From Roseateles sp. (lineage in GTDB: Bacteria; Pseudomonadota; Gammaproteobacteria; Burkholderiales; Burkholderiaceae_C), in the NCBI GenBank assembly GCA_018780415.1, contig JADMJQ010000084.1, positions 1 to 52,721 on the forward strand: a DNA stretch of 52,721 nucleotides. Reading direction: 5' to 3'. Position numbers and translations under genes: made by a program. Each line of letters begins with the position of its first letter. Within the stretch, counting starts at the first letter, position 1. Positions 19,912 through 29,083 of the stretch are shown one piece after another. Below the pieces are notes generated by a model. It saw nothing but the letters and a program-made list of their open reading frames with translations. It had not been told where the DNA came from and ran no database searches.

Positions 19912-19974
19912 CCGAGGGCCTTGCGCCCGGTCGCTGCCCCTGCTTCCCGCCATTCACTCGGGTATTCTGCGGTG

Positions 19975-21069
19975 ATGTCACCCACCACCTCCCTCAGTCT
20001 CAGCGAGCGGGTCGCGCCGTCCAACTGGCGGGCCGTGTTCGGCTGGCGCCGCCTGCGCACCGTCGCCATCATCTGCACACTGTTTACGCTACTGTTCAGT
20101 TTCGGCTGGCAGTTGCCGATGTGGGTGTTAGTCACGCGCTTGTTCGGCGTTGGCTTGGCCTTGTTGCTCGTCTTCGGCTTGTTTGAGCAATGGCCGCGTC
20201 GGCTGCCGCAATGGTTGGCGCGTTGGGCCTTGCAAGTGGTGGCGGTGGGGGTGATGGTGCCCATCGCCATGTCTATCGCCTATATGTGGAGCACAGCGCC
20301 GGGCGCGCCGATGTTCTGGCAGGAGCCCAAACGGCTTACCGGCTTCATGACCTTTACTTTTCTGGGCATGCTGGTGGCGCCTTGGACGGCCCTGACCGCG
20401 CTGCTGCGCCAACGTGAGGCCAAAGTGGAAAAGCAAGCGATCGACTTCGAACTGGAACGCAGCGAAATGGCCAGGCAGGCGCTGGACGCCCGCATGCGCC
20501 TGCTCACGGCCCAGGCACAACCGCATTTCTTGTTCAACACCCTGGCCAATGTGCAAGCCTTGGTGGAGGCCGGCTCGCCGCGTGCGCCGCAACTGCTGCA
20601 AAGCCTAACGGATTATTTACGTGCCGCCGTGCCGCGCCTGGACGGCTCGGCCAACACGCTAGGCCAGGAGCTGGAACTGGTGCGCGCCTATCTGGAGCTG
20701 ATGCAGATGCGCATGCCGGATCGGCTGGCCTTTGCGCTGCACATAGCCCCCGGTGTGCATCTGCTGCGCTGCCCGCCGATGACGCTGCTGACCCTGGTGG
20801 AAAATGCCGTCCAGCATGGCATCGACCCGAGCGAAGAAGGCGGCCGCATCGATGTTCGCGCCGAGTTGTTGAGCAGCGGGCATTGCCGTTTGACGGTCAC
20901 CGACACCGGCGTCGGTCTGCAGGCGACCGGGCGCGGCTTGGGCACCGGTCTGGCGGCCTTGCGAGAACGTCTGCTGTGGGCTTACGGCGGCAGCGCGACG
21001 CTGGACTTGCGCGAGGTGCAGCCGCATGGCGTGCAAGTCATCATCGAATTTGGGACCTCAACCCTATGA
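19975..21069 (+). CDS. LytS/YehU-family sensor histidine kinase
   Basis: TMs; QPHFLFNTL H-box; LVENAVQHG; DTGVG; GTGL. Confidence 0.92.
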   Translation: MSPTTSLSLSERVAPSNWRAVFGWRRLRTVAIICTLFTLLFSFGWQLPMWVLVTRLFGVGLALLLVFGLFEQWPRRLPQWLARWALQVVAVGVMVPIAMSIAYMWSTAPGAPMFWQEPKRLTGFMTFTFLGMLVAPWTALTALLRQREAKVEKQAIDFELERSEMARQALDARMRLLTAQAQPHFLFNTLANVQALVEAGSPRAPQLLQSLTDYLRAAVPRLDGSANTLGQELELVRAYLELMQMRMPDRLAFALHIAPGVHLLRCPPMTLLTLVENAVQHGIDPSEEGGRIDVRAELLSSGHCRLTVTDTGVGLQATGRGLGTGLAALRERLLWAYGGSATLDLREVQPHGVQVIIEFGTSTL

Positions 21070-21836
21070 CCATCACTGCCCTGATTGCCGACGACGAACC
21101 GCTGCTGCGCGAAATCCTGGAGGCGCGGCTCGCCGCCGCTTGGCCGGAACTGACCATCGTCGCGCAGGCCCGCAATGGGCGGCAGGCGATCGAGCTGTTC
21201 GAGCAGCATCAGCCGACCATTTGCTTTCTGGACGTGCATATGCCGGCCTTAAGCGGCATCGAGGTGGCGCGCCAGATCGGCAAGCGCTCGCACCTGGTGT
21301 TTGTCACCGCTTTTGATCAATATGCGCTGGATGCGTTCGAGCATGGTGTGCTTGACTATCTGGTCAAGCCGGTCACAGCCGCGCGTCTGGGCGAGACGGT
21401 GGCGCGCCTGCAAGCGCGCTTGCAAACGGCGCAACCGGCCGTGCACAACGAGGCGCTGCTGGCTCAGTTGGCGCAGCGACTCAAGCTTGACCAGCCCGAG
21501 CCGCTGCGCTGGGTACGCGCGACGGTTGGGGCTTCCTTGCGAATGATTCCGGTCGACGACATCGACTACCTGAAGAGCGACAGCAAATACACGCTGGTCG
21601 CCTACCGCGACGAGGGCCAAGCCGCCGAGGCGCTGATTCGGATGCCGCTGAAGGAGCTGATCGCCCAACTCGATGCCCAGCAGTTTGCGCAGGTGCACCG
21701 CTCGGTGCTGGTCAATCTGCGCTCGATCCGCCGCGTCACCCGGGGCGAGAACGAGACCGCCGACATCGAACTGAAGGGCCGCAGCGAGCGCTTGCCGGTG
21801 AGCCGCAGCTATTTGCAGTTTTTCAAGGAAATGTAG
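21066..21836 (+). CDS. LytTR-family response regulator
   Basis: IADDEP, FLDVHMP, FVTAFD, DYLVKP; C-terminal QVHRSVLVN...LPVSRSY; ATGA overlap with kinase. Confidence 0.95.
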   Translation: MTITALIADDEPLLREILEARLAAAWPELTIVAQARNGRQAIELFEQHQPTICFLDVHMPALSGIEVARQIGKRSHLVFVTAFDQYALDAFEHGVLDYLVKPVTAARLGETVARLQARLQTAQPAVHNEALLAQLAQRLKLDQPEPLRWVRATVGASLRMIPVDDIDYLKSDSKYTLVAYRDEGQAAEALIRMPLKELIAQLDAQQFAQVHRSVLVNLRSIRRVTRGENETADIELKGRSERLPVSRSYLQFFKEM

Positions 21837-21898
21837 GCCAAGCGTTCCGATGGGCTGGAGCCAGCCGAAGGTACCTGCCGCGCTTCGTTGACTCGGCC

Positions 21899-22090
21899 CT
21901 AAGCCGCACTCGAAGGCGCCATGCAACACCGCAGCACGCTGGTGATTGACCACCGCTTGGCCAAGGTGCAGCGCGCCGACCGCATTGTGGTCATGAAGCC
22001 TGGCCGCATCGTCGGAGTTGGCACGCATGCGGAGCTGAGCGCGCGTGGTGCCTTTGTGCGCGCTTGGCGGCGCTGCAGTTCAATCAGCAA
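21899..22090 (+). pseudogene. Remnant 3' end of an MsbA-like ABC exporter ATPase
   Basis: [45 protein letters not shown], continuing after a frameshift as [10 protein letters not shown]; in-frame stop immediately upstream; no Walker A or TM domain. Confidence 0.7.
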
Positions 22091-22191
22091 GGCGCGAGGG
22101 CTGGGACCTGAGTGTCTGAGTCTTTCCAAAGACTGGCGAACCACGTTTCAGTCGCTAATGCCTATGCAGGCAGGCGCTGAGCACAATCGGC

Positions 22192-24639
22192 TCAGCCGCG
22201 AGTCAGTTGCGCACCAGCCTCCAGCCAAGGCTGCAGAGCCTGCTCCGGCATGGGCCGGGCACCGAACCAGCCTTGCGCCATGCTGCAGCCGAGCTGGCGC
22301 AGGAGGTTCCATTCCTCTTCGGTCTCGGCGCCTTCGCCAACGGTGGACAGGCCGAGATTGCGCCCCAGATCGATGGCTGCTTTGAGCAGGGTCAGCGTCG
22401 TGCTGGAACTCGCGGCGCCGCGCACAAAGCTGCGGTCGATCTTGAGTTCGGAGACAGGCAGCATGTGCAAATAGGCCAGGGACGACTGCCCTGTGCCGAA
22501 GTCGTCGACGGCCCCCTCGAAGCCCTGAGCGTTGATCTCCCGCATACGGTCAATCACGGTGGCGGGGTCTTTCATCACGGCACCTTCGGTCAGTTCCAGG
22601 CGGATGTCCGCGGCACGAGCGCCGGTGGTCTGCAAGAGCTCCGACAAGATGCCGGGGAACGTGGCAGAGCCGACGTCATGCACGGACACGTTGACGGCGA
22701 TCTGGGACACCAGCCCTGCTCGGCGCAGCTGTGCCGACAGCTGCATGGCCCGATGCAAGACCCACTCGGTGATGCCGCGGATATTGCCCGTGCTCTCGGC
22801 AAAAGGAATGAAGTCCATCGGGGTTACCAGCCCACGGCTGGGGTGGTTCCAGCGGATCAAGGACTCGAAGCTGGTGACCGCGTTGTCGGACAGCCGGAAC
22901 TTGGGCTGCACCAGCAGCGTGAACTCATCGTCCTGTGCCGCGCGTTTGAGTTCGGAAATCAGTGAGAGCTGCAAGGGATCGGCCCGAACCAGGCTGGGAT
23001 CGTAGACCGTCCAGCTGTCATCGCTGCCCCGGCCTTCGTGCAGCGCGATTTCGGCATGGCTCATCAAGCGATGCATGGAGCTGCCGTGATCAGGGCTGTA
23101 GGAAAGCCCCCAGGCGGCACTGATGTCCACCCACTGACCGGCCACCTGCAGCGGCGAGGCAAACATGTCGGCGGATAGCGCCTGCAAGGCAGGCAACTCG
23201 GCGGCATCGCCGGCCAGCACGAGGACAAACTGATCCGCATAGACGCGACCAGCCAGGGCGAGGTCGAAGCGGATGCAAGCCTGGGTCAGGCGCTCCGCGA
23301 CGGCCTGCAGCACGGCGTCGCCGAAGTCCTGGCCGAGCGCCTGGTTGATTGCATTGAAGCGCCGCACATTCAGCATGAGGACTCGCGGCGCGAGCCCGCG
23401 GGCAATCCAGCTGTCCCCGACCGCAATCAAGCGCTCACGATTGCCGAGCCCGGTCAAGCGGTCGCGCTGCGCGGCCTCGATGGCGCGCGTGCTGGCGTCG
23501 GTCTGGAACTGCGCAGCGACCCGGCGCACGGCGGCCATATCCCGCTTCTTGGCCTGATCGAGCTGGCGATGGCGATGCATCAAGCGGTAGGCCTGTTCCC
23601 AACTGCCCTGTGCGCTGGTCAGCTCGGCCGCCCGGGACCAGAAGCGCGGCGCCAAGGTCCGCTCAATTCGAGGCATGGTTTGAACCAGCCTCAGCGCTTC
23701 TTCGGTGGCTGCCACGGCCTGCGCACCCCGCCCGGCGGCCTGATGAACCATGGCTTGCGCCATAGCCAGCAGGCAGAGCAGGTCGTGGCTGCGCTGGTCC
23801 GCGGGACGGGCCGCCAAGAAGTCGAGATAGGCGCGCGCTTCGTCAACCTGGCCGAGGCTGGCAAAGACCTCGGCGCCCAGCACATGAAAGTGATCCAGAG
23901 TCGGCCCATCCAGCTCGGTGGCCTTATCAGGAAAGGACCAGATGCGCAGCAAGGGCATCACTTTTTCGAAATCGCAGGCCGAGGCATAGATTTCCGCGAG
24001 GATGGTCACGGCACTGAATCGGACCCAGCCGCCCAACTCATTGCTGGCCACCGCTTGCTCCAGATGGTGGCGCGCCTGTAGCTCATCGCCGGCCAAAAAG
24101 AAGGCAATGCCCAGATTGCTCAGCGCCGCCGACCGCATCCCGCTGTGGTCGATCTCTTGTGTCAGTTGCAGCAAGCGACAGGCCTGCTGCATATAGCCCA
24201 CCAGATTGCCCGCGGCCTGGTAAAGCAACAGCGAGGGGCCCATTGCGGCATGCTGTTCCAGCGGGTCTTGCAGGCCATGAATCTCGTCGCTGAGTTGCTC
24301 ATAGGCTGCGAGCGCAGCAGCCGCATCGCCACCGAAGTACTCAGCGGCCAGCGCCATGCTTCTCGCGATCAGGCTGCCGGGACCATCGCCCAGGGCCAGC
24401 ATGCGTGCGGCCAACTCTCGGTAGGGCTGGCTTGCGCCGGGATTGAGTGACTCCAAACGCAGCTGCACCAACTGCATGCGCAGGCTCAAGCGTTCATCGC
24501 CGGCGGCCTTGGCCAGGTGCTGCTCTGCCAAAGAAGCGGCCTCGGTGACCGACCCATAACGCGCCAGCCACACCTCTCTGAACGCAACCCTGTGGGCATC
24601 TGCCGAGACCGGTGGGGGAGATGAGGGAGCTGGGGACAA
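22192..24639 (-). CDS. Helical/TPR-like sensor + degenerate GGDEF + EAL protein (probable c-di-GMP phosphodiesterase)
   Basis: DRLTGLGNR; GGDEF site replaced by VYADQF; ESLIRW, AVNVS, LELTE, DDFGTG, LKIDRSF, EGAE, QGW. Confidence 0.88.
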   Translation of the reverse strand: MSPAPSSPPPVSADAHRVAFREVWLARYGSVTEAASLAEQHLAKAAGDERLSLRMQLVQLRLESLNPGASQPYRELAARMLALGDGPGSLIARSMALAAEYFGGDAAAALAAYEQLSDEIHGLQDPLEQHAAMGPSLLLYQAAGNLVGYMQQACRLLQLTQEIDHSGMRSAALSNLGIAFFLAGDELQARHHLEQAVASNELGGWVRFSAVTILAEIYASACDFEKVMPLLRIWSFPDKATELDGPTLDHFHVLGAEVFASLGQVDEARAYLDFLAARPADQRSHDLLCLLAMAQAMVHQAAGRGAQAVAATEEALRLVQTMPRIERTLAPRFWSRAAELTSAQGSWEQAYRLMHRHRQLDQAKKRDMAAVRRVAAQFQTDASTRAIEAAQRDRLTGLGNRERLIAVGDSWIARGLAPRVLMLNVRRFNAINQALGQDFGDAVLQAVAERLTQACIRFDLALAGRVYADQFVLVLAGDAAELPALQALSADMFASPLQVAGQWVDISAAWGLSYSPDHGSSMHRLMSHAEIALHEGRGSDDSWTVYDPSLVRADPLQLSLISELKRAAQDDEFTLLVQPKFRLSDNAVTSFESLIRWNHPSRGLVTPMDFIPFAESTGNIRGITEWVLHRAMQLSAQLRRAGLVSQIAVNVSVHDVGSATFPGILSELLQTTGARAADIRLELTEGAVMKDPATVIDRMREINAQGFEGAVDDFGTGQSSLAYLHMLPVSELKIDRSFVRGAASSSTTLTLLKAAIDLGRNLGLSTVGEGAETEEEWNLLRQLGCSMAQGWFGARPMPEQALQPWLEAGAQLTRG

Positions 24640-24934
24640 GAAGAGCCTAAGAAGCTGCGGTGATTCCTAACATTCTAGGGTTGCGCACCGGCGGTGATGC
24701 AGCAGCCGGTTGGCGCGAAGACCCAAGATTGGACTATCACTCGCGATGTGTTGGCGCTGACGGTCGATTTGCCGCGGTTTTTGCCGATAGCAGGCCTGCC
24801 CGAGCCGGGCGGGAGGAGGACGGATTGAATGAACCGCGCCGCAGGGCTCCAAGCCTCAGCTGGGTTTGACTGTCAAGACATAAAGACGCTGCGCCGCAAA
24901 TCGCTAGGGATTCTCAGCAAAGCCAGTCGACTAC

Positions 24935-24956
24935 ACTGAACGAACGTTCATTCAGT
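24935..24956. promoter_or_regulatory. Putative TetR operator palindrome
   Basis: ACTGAACGAACGTTCATTCAGT, a 22-bp inverted repeat with one mismatched pair, 10 bp before the tetR ATG. Confidence 0.7.
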
Positions 24957-24966
24957 ATTCGAAGTC

Positions 24967-25602
24967 ATGACCGATTCCCAACGAGCTCAGGCGACGGCGG
25001 CGCGGCGCGCGCAACTGCAGGAGGCCGCCCTGCATTGTTTTGTGGTCAAGGGCTTTCACCAGACCAGCATGCGCGACATCGCCACTCAGGCGGGCGTCAG
25101 CTTGGGTAGCCTCTACAACCACTTCGACAGCAAAGCAGCACTGATCGCCGAGATTGCCCAGCTGGAATCAACCGAGCTTGCGCCTTTGGAGACCCGCTTG
25201 GCGCAGCAGCGCGGGCGCAGCGGCTTGCTGCGCTTCGCACGCGACTATGCGGCCCTGCACCAGGAGCCGGCGCGCTTGATGCTGGGCGCCGAGATCCTGT
25301 CGGAACTGCTGCGGCACCCTGAATTGGCCGCGCCTTTCTTGGCCACGCGCAAGCGGTTGGTGCTGGCTGTGGCCGCAGCGCTGGAGCAAGCGCGCGTCGC
25401 CGGCGAGTTGGCGCCGGGCATCGCAGCGCCTTATCTGGCCGGCCTGCTGTTGGACGCCATCGAAGGCCGCTGCATCGTGGACGCGCTCGCCGTCGGTCAG
25501 GCGCCCGCCGCGCAAGCTGCGGGCAGCTTGCCGGAGTTGATCGAGGCCCTGCTTGCGCCTGTAGTCAAGGGGCTCGCGTCAAAACGGCCAAGCCGGACAT
25601 GA
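24967..25602 (+). CDS. TetR/AcrR-family regulator
   Basis: GFHQTSMRDIATQAGVSLGSLYNHFDSKAAL HTH. Confidence 0.93.
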   Translation: MTDSQRAQATAARRAQLQEAALHCFVVKGFHQTSMRDIATQAGVSLGSLYNHFDSKAALIAEIAQLESTELAPLETRLAQQRGRSGLLRFARDYAALHQEPARLMLGAEILSELLRHPELAAPFLATRKRLVLAVAAALEQARVAGELAPGIAAPYLAGLLLDAIEGRCIVDALAVGQAPAAQAAGSLPELIEALLAPVVKGLASKRPSRT

Positions 25603-26648
25603 CGGCCGCACGTTTGACCGGGCTCGACCTGGCTCGCGCCTGGGCCTGGCTCGGCATGTTGGTGGTGAACTTCCGCGTGGCCCTCGGCGTCGACAAGGAT
25701 CCCGCCGCACCGGCATGGCTGCAAGCGGCCGTCGACGCCTTATCAGGGCGCGCGGCGGCGCTCTTTGTGGTGCTGGCCGGCATGGGCCTGGCACTGGCCA
25801 CGCGCAAGTTGCAGGGTGGCGAGTTGTGGAGCTGGATCGCCCGCCGTTCCCTCTTTTTGGCCGCCGTCGGCGGCTTGAATCTGATGATCTTTCCGCCGGA
25901 CATCCTGCACTACTACGCGGTCTATTTCGTGCTGGGCGGCCTGGTGCACGGGGTTCCGCGGGCCTGCTGGCCCTGGATCACAGCGGGCTTCGTGCTGGCA
26001 TGGCCGCTGCTTGCGCTTACCTTTGACTACAACGCCGGCTGGCATTGGCCCACGCTGACCTACCAGCCCCTCGACAGCGCGGCGGTGCTGCTGCGTCACA
26101 CCCTGTTCAACGGCTGGCATCCGGTTTTGCCTTGGGGCGCCTTTCTGGTCTGGGGCTTGTGGCTGCAGGGCTTGCCGCTGGAACAGGCGCAAACGGCACG
26201 GCGGTTGGTCGCGGGCGGTGTTGTCGCGGCGCTGCTTGGCTTCGGCCTGCACGGGGCGGGTTTGGCGTTGCTGGATGCACGCTGGCATGACTTGCTGCTG
26301 GGCTTGCAGCCACTGCCGCCCTCGCCGCTGTATATGCTGACCGCCGGTGGCAGCGCCACCGCGCTCATTGGCCTGGCGCTGCTGGCGGTGCGCGGTGGCC
26401 GCAGCTGGCAATGGCTGACCAACATGGGCCGCATGACCTTGACGCTCTACCTGGCCCACATCCTGATCGGCATGGGCACGCTGGAAGCCCTGGGTCTGCT
26501 GCCGCCACTGAGAACCTCCAGCCTGGTGGAGGTCGTCAGCGCCGCCGCACTGTTTGCGCTATTGGCGGGCGTTTTCGCCTGGGCCTGGTCGCTGCGCTTT
26601 CGACAAGGGCCCGTCGAGGGCTTGATGCGATGGTTGACCCGGACCTAG
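25599..26648 (+). CDS. DUF418/DUF1624 (YeiB-like) membrane protein
   Basis: RLTGLDLARA, DILHYY, GRMTLTLYLAH, GPVEGLMR; ATGA overlap with tetR. Confidence 0.85.
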   Translation: MTAARLTGLDLARAWAWLGMLVVNFRVALGVDKDPAAPAWLQAAVDALSGRAAALFVVLAGMGLALATRKLQGGELWSWIARRSLFLAAVGGLNLMIFPPDILHYYAVYFVLGGLVHGVPRACWPWITAGFVLAWPLLALTFDYNAGWHWPTLTYQPLDSAAVLLRHTLFNGWHPVLPWGAFLVWGLWLQGLPLEQAQTARRLVAGGVVAALLGFGLHGAGLALLDARWHDLLLGLQPLPPSPLYMLTAGGSATALIGLALLAVRGGRSWQWLTNMGRMTLTLYLAHILIGMGTLEALGLLPPLRTSSLVEVVSAAALFALLAGVFAWAWSLRFRQGPVEGLMRWLTRT

Positions 26649-26687
26649 AAATTGCCAGCGGCAGCTCGCTCAACAAGCTATTTCTTA

Positions 26688-26885
26688 TCAATGCGCCGGC
26701 GCAGGCCGGGCCGACCAAGAAGGTTGGCAGGCGAGTTCCGCGGCGGTGAGCTCGTCGGCAGTGACCGCGTATTCATGGATGCTACGTTCCACAAAATAGG
26801 CCCTGCGAAAGCGCTGCAACAGGCCTCCGAGAGCTTGGCGCGCTTGGTTTGTTGGGCCATTGAAGGTCAGTATCAGCGTGTGCAT
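26688..26885 (-). CDS. Small hypothetical protein (65 aa)
   Basis: MHTLILTFNGPTNQARQALGGLLQRFRRAYFVERS...; protein-like beta-alpha-beta pattern; start uncertain. Confidence 0.5.
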   Translation of the reverse strand: MHTLILTFNGPTNQARQALGGLLQRFRRAYFVERSIHEYAVTADELTAAELACQPSWSARPAPAH

Positions 26886-27062
26886 GGTGGGTGGCATTTC
26901 CGTCAAAAGGATAGACAAAACATCGTCGCTAGCCCTTCTTGAACGCCCCAGCGTGAGAGTGGTTGACGTGATGTGTGTACCGAATGGTCCTGGGTAAGGC
27001 CCGATTTGATGCGTCACAAGTCGGCGTTATGCTGCCGCCGCACCCTCAACGATTGCCAAGCC

Positions 27063-27746
27063 ATGCACACAATGCCAGCCCCCGCGATGGAGCCCTTGAC
27101 CGGCTACCGCGAGTTGCCCAGCCCCACCATGCTGGAACAAGCCCGCGCCAATTACCAGAACCTGCTGCGCCGGCGCACCGTGCGCGACTATGACAGCCGG
27201 CCCGTCGAGCGCGCCGTGATCGAGCAATGCCTGCTCGCCGCGGGCACCGCGCCGTCCGGCGCCAATCAGCAGCCCTGGCATTTCGTTGTCATCACCGATG
27301 CCGCTCGCAAGGCGCAGATCCGCGCGGCGGCTGAGGAAGAGGAGCGCAGCTTCTACAACGGCCGCGCGCCGGAGGAATGGCTGCGCGCCCTGGCGCCGCT
27401 CGGCACCGATGCCAGCAAGCCGTTCTTGGAAGAGGCGCCGGTGCTGATCGCCATCTTTGCGCAGAAGTACGGCATCGATGCGCAAGGCGAGCGCTACAGC
27501 CACTACTACGTGCCCGAATCGGTCGGCATCGCCACCGGCTTTTTGATCAGCGCGCTGCATCAGGCCGGCCTCGCCACCTTGACCCATACGCCCAGCCCGA
27601 TGGGCTTCTTGAGCCAGCTGTGCGGCCGCCCCGAGGCGGAGAAGCCGGTCATCTTGTTGGTGGTGGGCTACCCCAAGGCCGGCTGCCAGGTGCCGGTGCA
27701 TGGCGGCATCAAAAAACCGCTGGAGGCCATCAGCAGCTGGCTGTAG
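27063..27746 (+). CDS. Nitroreductase family, iodotyrosine deiodinase (IYD)-like
   Basis: [53 protein letters not shown]; start may be 27063, 27072 or 27087. Confidence 0.88.
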   Translation: MHTMPAPAMEPLTGYRELPSPTMLEQARANYQNLLRRRTVRDYDSRPVERAVIEQCLLAAGTAPSGANQQPWHFVVITDAARKAQIRAAAEEEERSFYNGRAPEEWLRALAPLGTDASKPFLEEAPVLIAIFAQKYGIDAQGERYSHYYVPESVGIATGFLISALHQAGLATLTHTPSPMGFLSQLCGRPEAEKPVILLVVGYPKAGCQVPVHGGIKKPLEAISSWL

Positions 27747-27783
27747 CGATGCCGGCGGGCGCCGGCATGGACAATACGCGGCC

Positions 27784-28965
27784 ATGCAAGCGCCCTTCCT
27801 CTACCCTTCGCTGCACGTCCCCACCCTGCTGATCGTCTATCAGGTGGTGGCGACGTTGATGATGATCGTCACCCTCGGCGGCGCCTGGGGCGCCCGCGGC
27901 CGCCATGGCTTGTGGCTGTGGGCGGCGGCGTTTGCCGTCATCGCGCTGGCGCAATTGCTGCGCGCCGTGCTGGTAGGCATCGCTGCACCAACGGGCTTGC
28001 TCTATATCGGCCATATCGGCGGCGTGATCTCCAGTGGCCTGGTGCTGTTGGCCGTGCGCGCCTTTCTGGGCCTGCGCCTGCATTGGCCGCCGGTGGCCGT
28101 TTTTGTCGGCCTGGCGGCGCTGGCCTCGGCACTGGTGGCGATCACCGGGCTGGCAACCTGGGTGTCGCTGTCGCTGACCCTGGCGGCCAGCGGGGTGCTG
28201 CGCTTTTTTGCGCTGCTGCCCATACTGCGGGCCTGGCACAAGCAAGGCGGCTTTGCGCTGGGCCTGATGATGATCGACTTGGCGCTGTCGGTGGCCGCCC
28301 ATTTGCTGCGCGCGGGCACGTCAACGCCGGCCTTTGCCGGCTCGGCCGAGCAGGCCGCGGCCATCAACAGCCTGTGGCTGCTGGTCTTCATCGTCCTGCT
28401 GATCGGTCAGGCCTTTGCGGTGCTCTTGTTGGTCAATAGCGAGTTGCAACGCAGCCTTTGGTCGATGATAGAAATTGACCCGTTGACGGGGCTGTTCAAC
28501 CGACGCGGTTTGAGAAACCGCGCCGACCGCCTGCGCCAGCGTGGCCTGCGCGCCAAGGCCGATGCGGGCCTGGTGGTCGCAATGATCGACTTTGATCATT
28601 TCAAGCAAATCAATGACCGCCACGGCCACGCCGCCGGCGACGTGGTGCTGAAGGGCTTGGGCCAGTTGCTGCTCAGCCATCTGCGGCCGAATGACTTGGC
28701 GGTGCGCATGGGCGGCGAGGAGTTCGCGGTGGTGTGGCAGGAGCTGGGCGAGGCGGACGCGCTGAGGCTGGCCGAACGGCTGCGCCAAAGCGTCGAGGAC
28801 GAGGTGTTCAGCACCGACGCCGGCACCATCAAGGTGACGGTCAGCGTCGGCATCGCGATGCCGCGCAGCCAGGAAGAGGCGCTGGACGACTTGCTCGGCC
28901 GCGCCGACGCGGCGCTCTACAAGGCCAAACGCGCCGGCCGCAACCGGGTGGAACAAGCCTACTGA
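27784..28965 (+). CDS. Membrane-bound diguanylate cyclase
   Basis: About 7 TMs; DPLTGLFNRR, DFDHFKQIND, RPND I-site, intact GGEEF. Confidence 0.92.
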   Translation: MQAPFLYPSLHVPTLLIVYQVVATLMMIVTLGGAWGARGRHGLWLWAAAFAVIALAQLLRAVLVGIAAPTGLLYIGHIGGVISSGLVLLAVRAFLGLRLHWPPVAVFVGLAALASALVAITGLATWVSLSLTLAASGVLRFFALLPILRAWHKQGGFALGLMMIDLALSVAAHLLRAGTSTPAFAGSAEQAAAINSLWLLVFIVLLIGQAFAVLLLVNSELQRSLWSMIEIDPLTGLFNRRGLRNRADRLRQRGLRAKADAGLVVAMIDFDHFKQINDRHGHAAGDVVLKGLGQLLLSHLRPNDLAVRMGGEEFAVVWQELGEADALRLAERLRQSVEDEVFSTDAGTIKVTVSVGIAMPRSQEEALDDLLGRADAALYKAKRAGRNRVEQAY

Positions 28966-29083
28966 TACGTCTAGAGGCGGCATTGGATGGGCGAAGTCCG
29001 GCCGAAAGCCCCGGTTCTTCGGCGTTTCGCGGCGGCGCACCGTCCCTATCATCTGGGGAACTTCCGCTCCACAGATCGCCACC

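Noticed and set aside
24866-24885. Possible further lux-like box (minus strand CTTTATGTCTTGACAG) upstream of the EAL gene
   Set aside because: Equally explained by back-to-back -35 hexamers (TTGACT/TTGACA); about 230 bp from the gene; too weak without binding data.
26890-27000. Possible riboswitch in the leader of the small ORF
   Set aside because: No conserved yybP-ykoY, c-di-GMP or other aptamer motifs recognisable.
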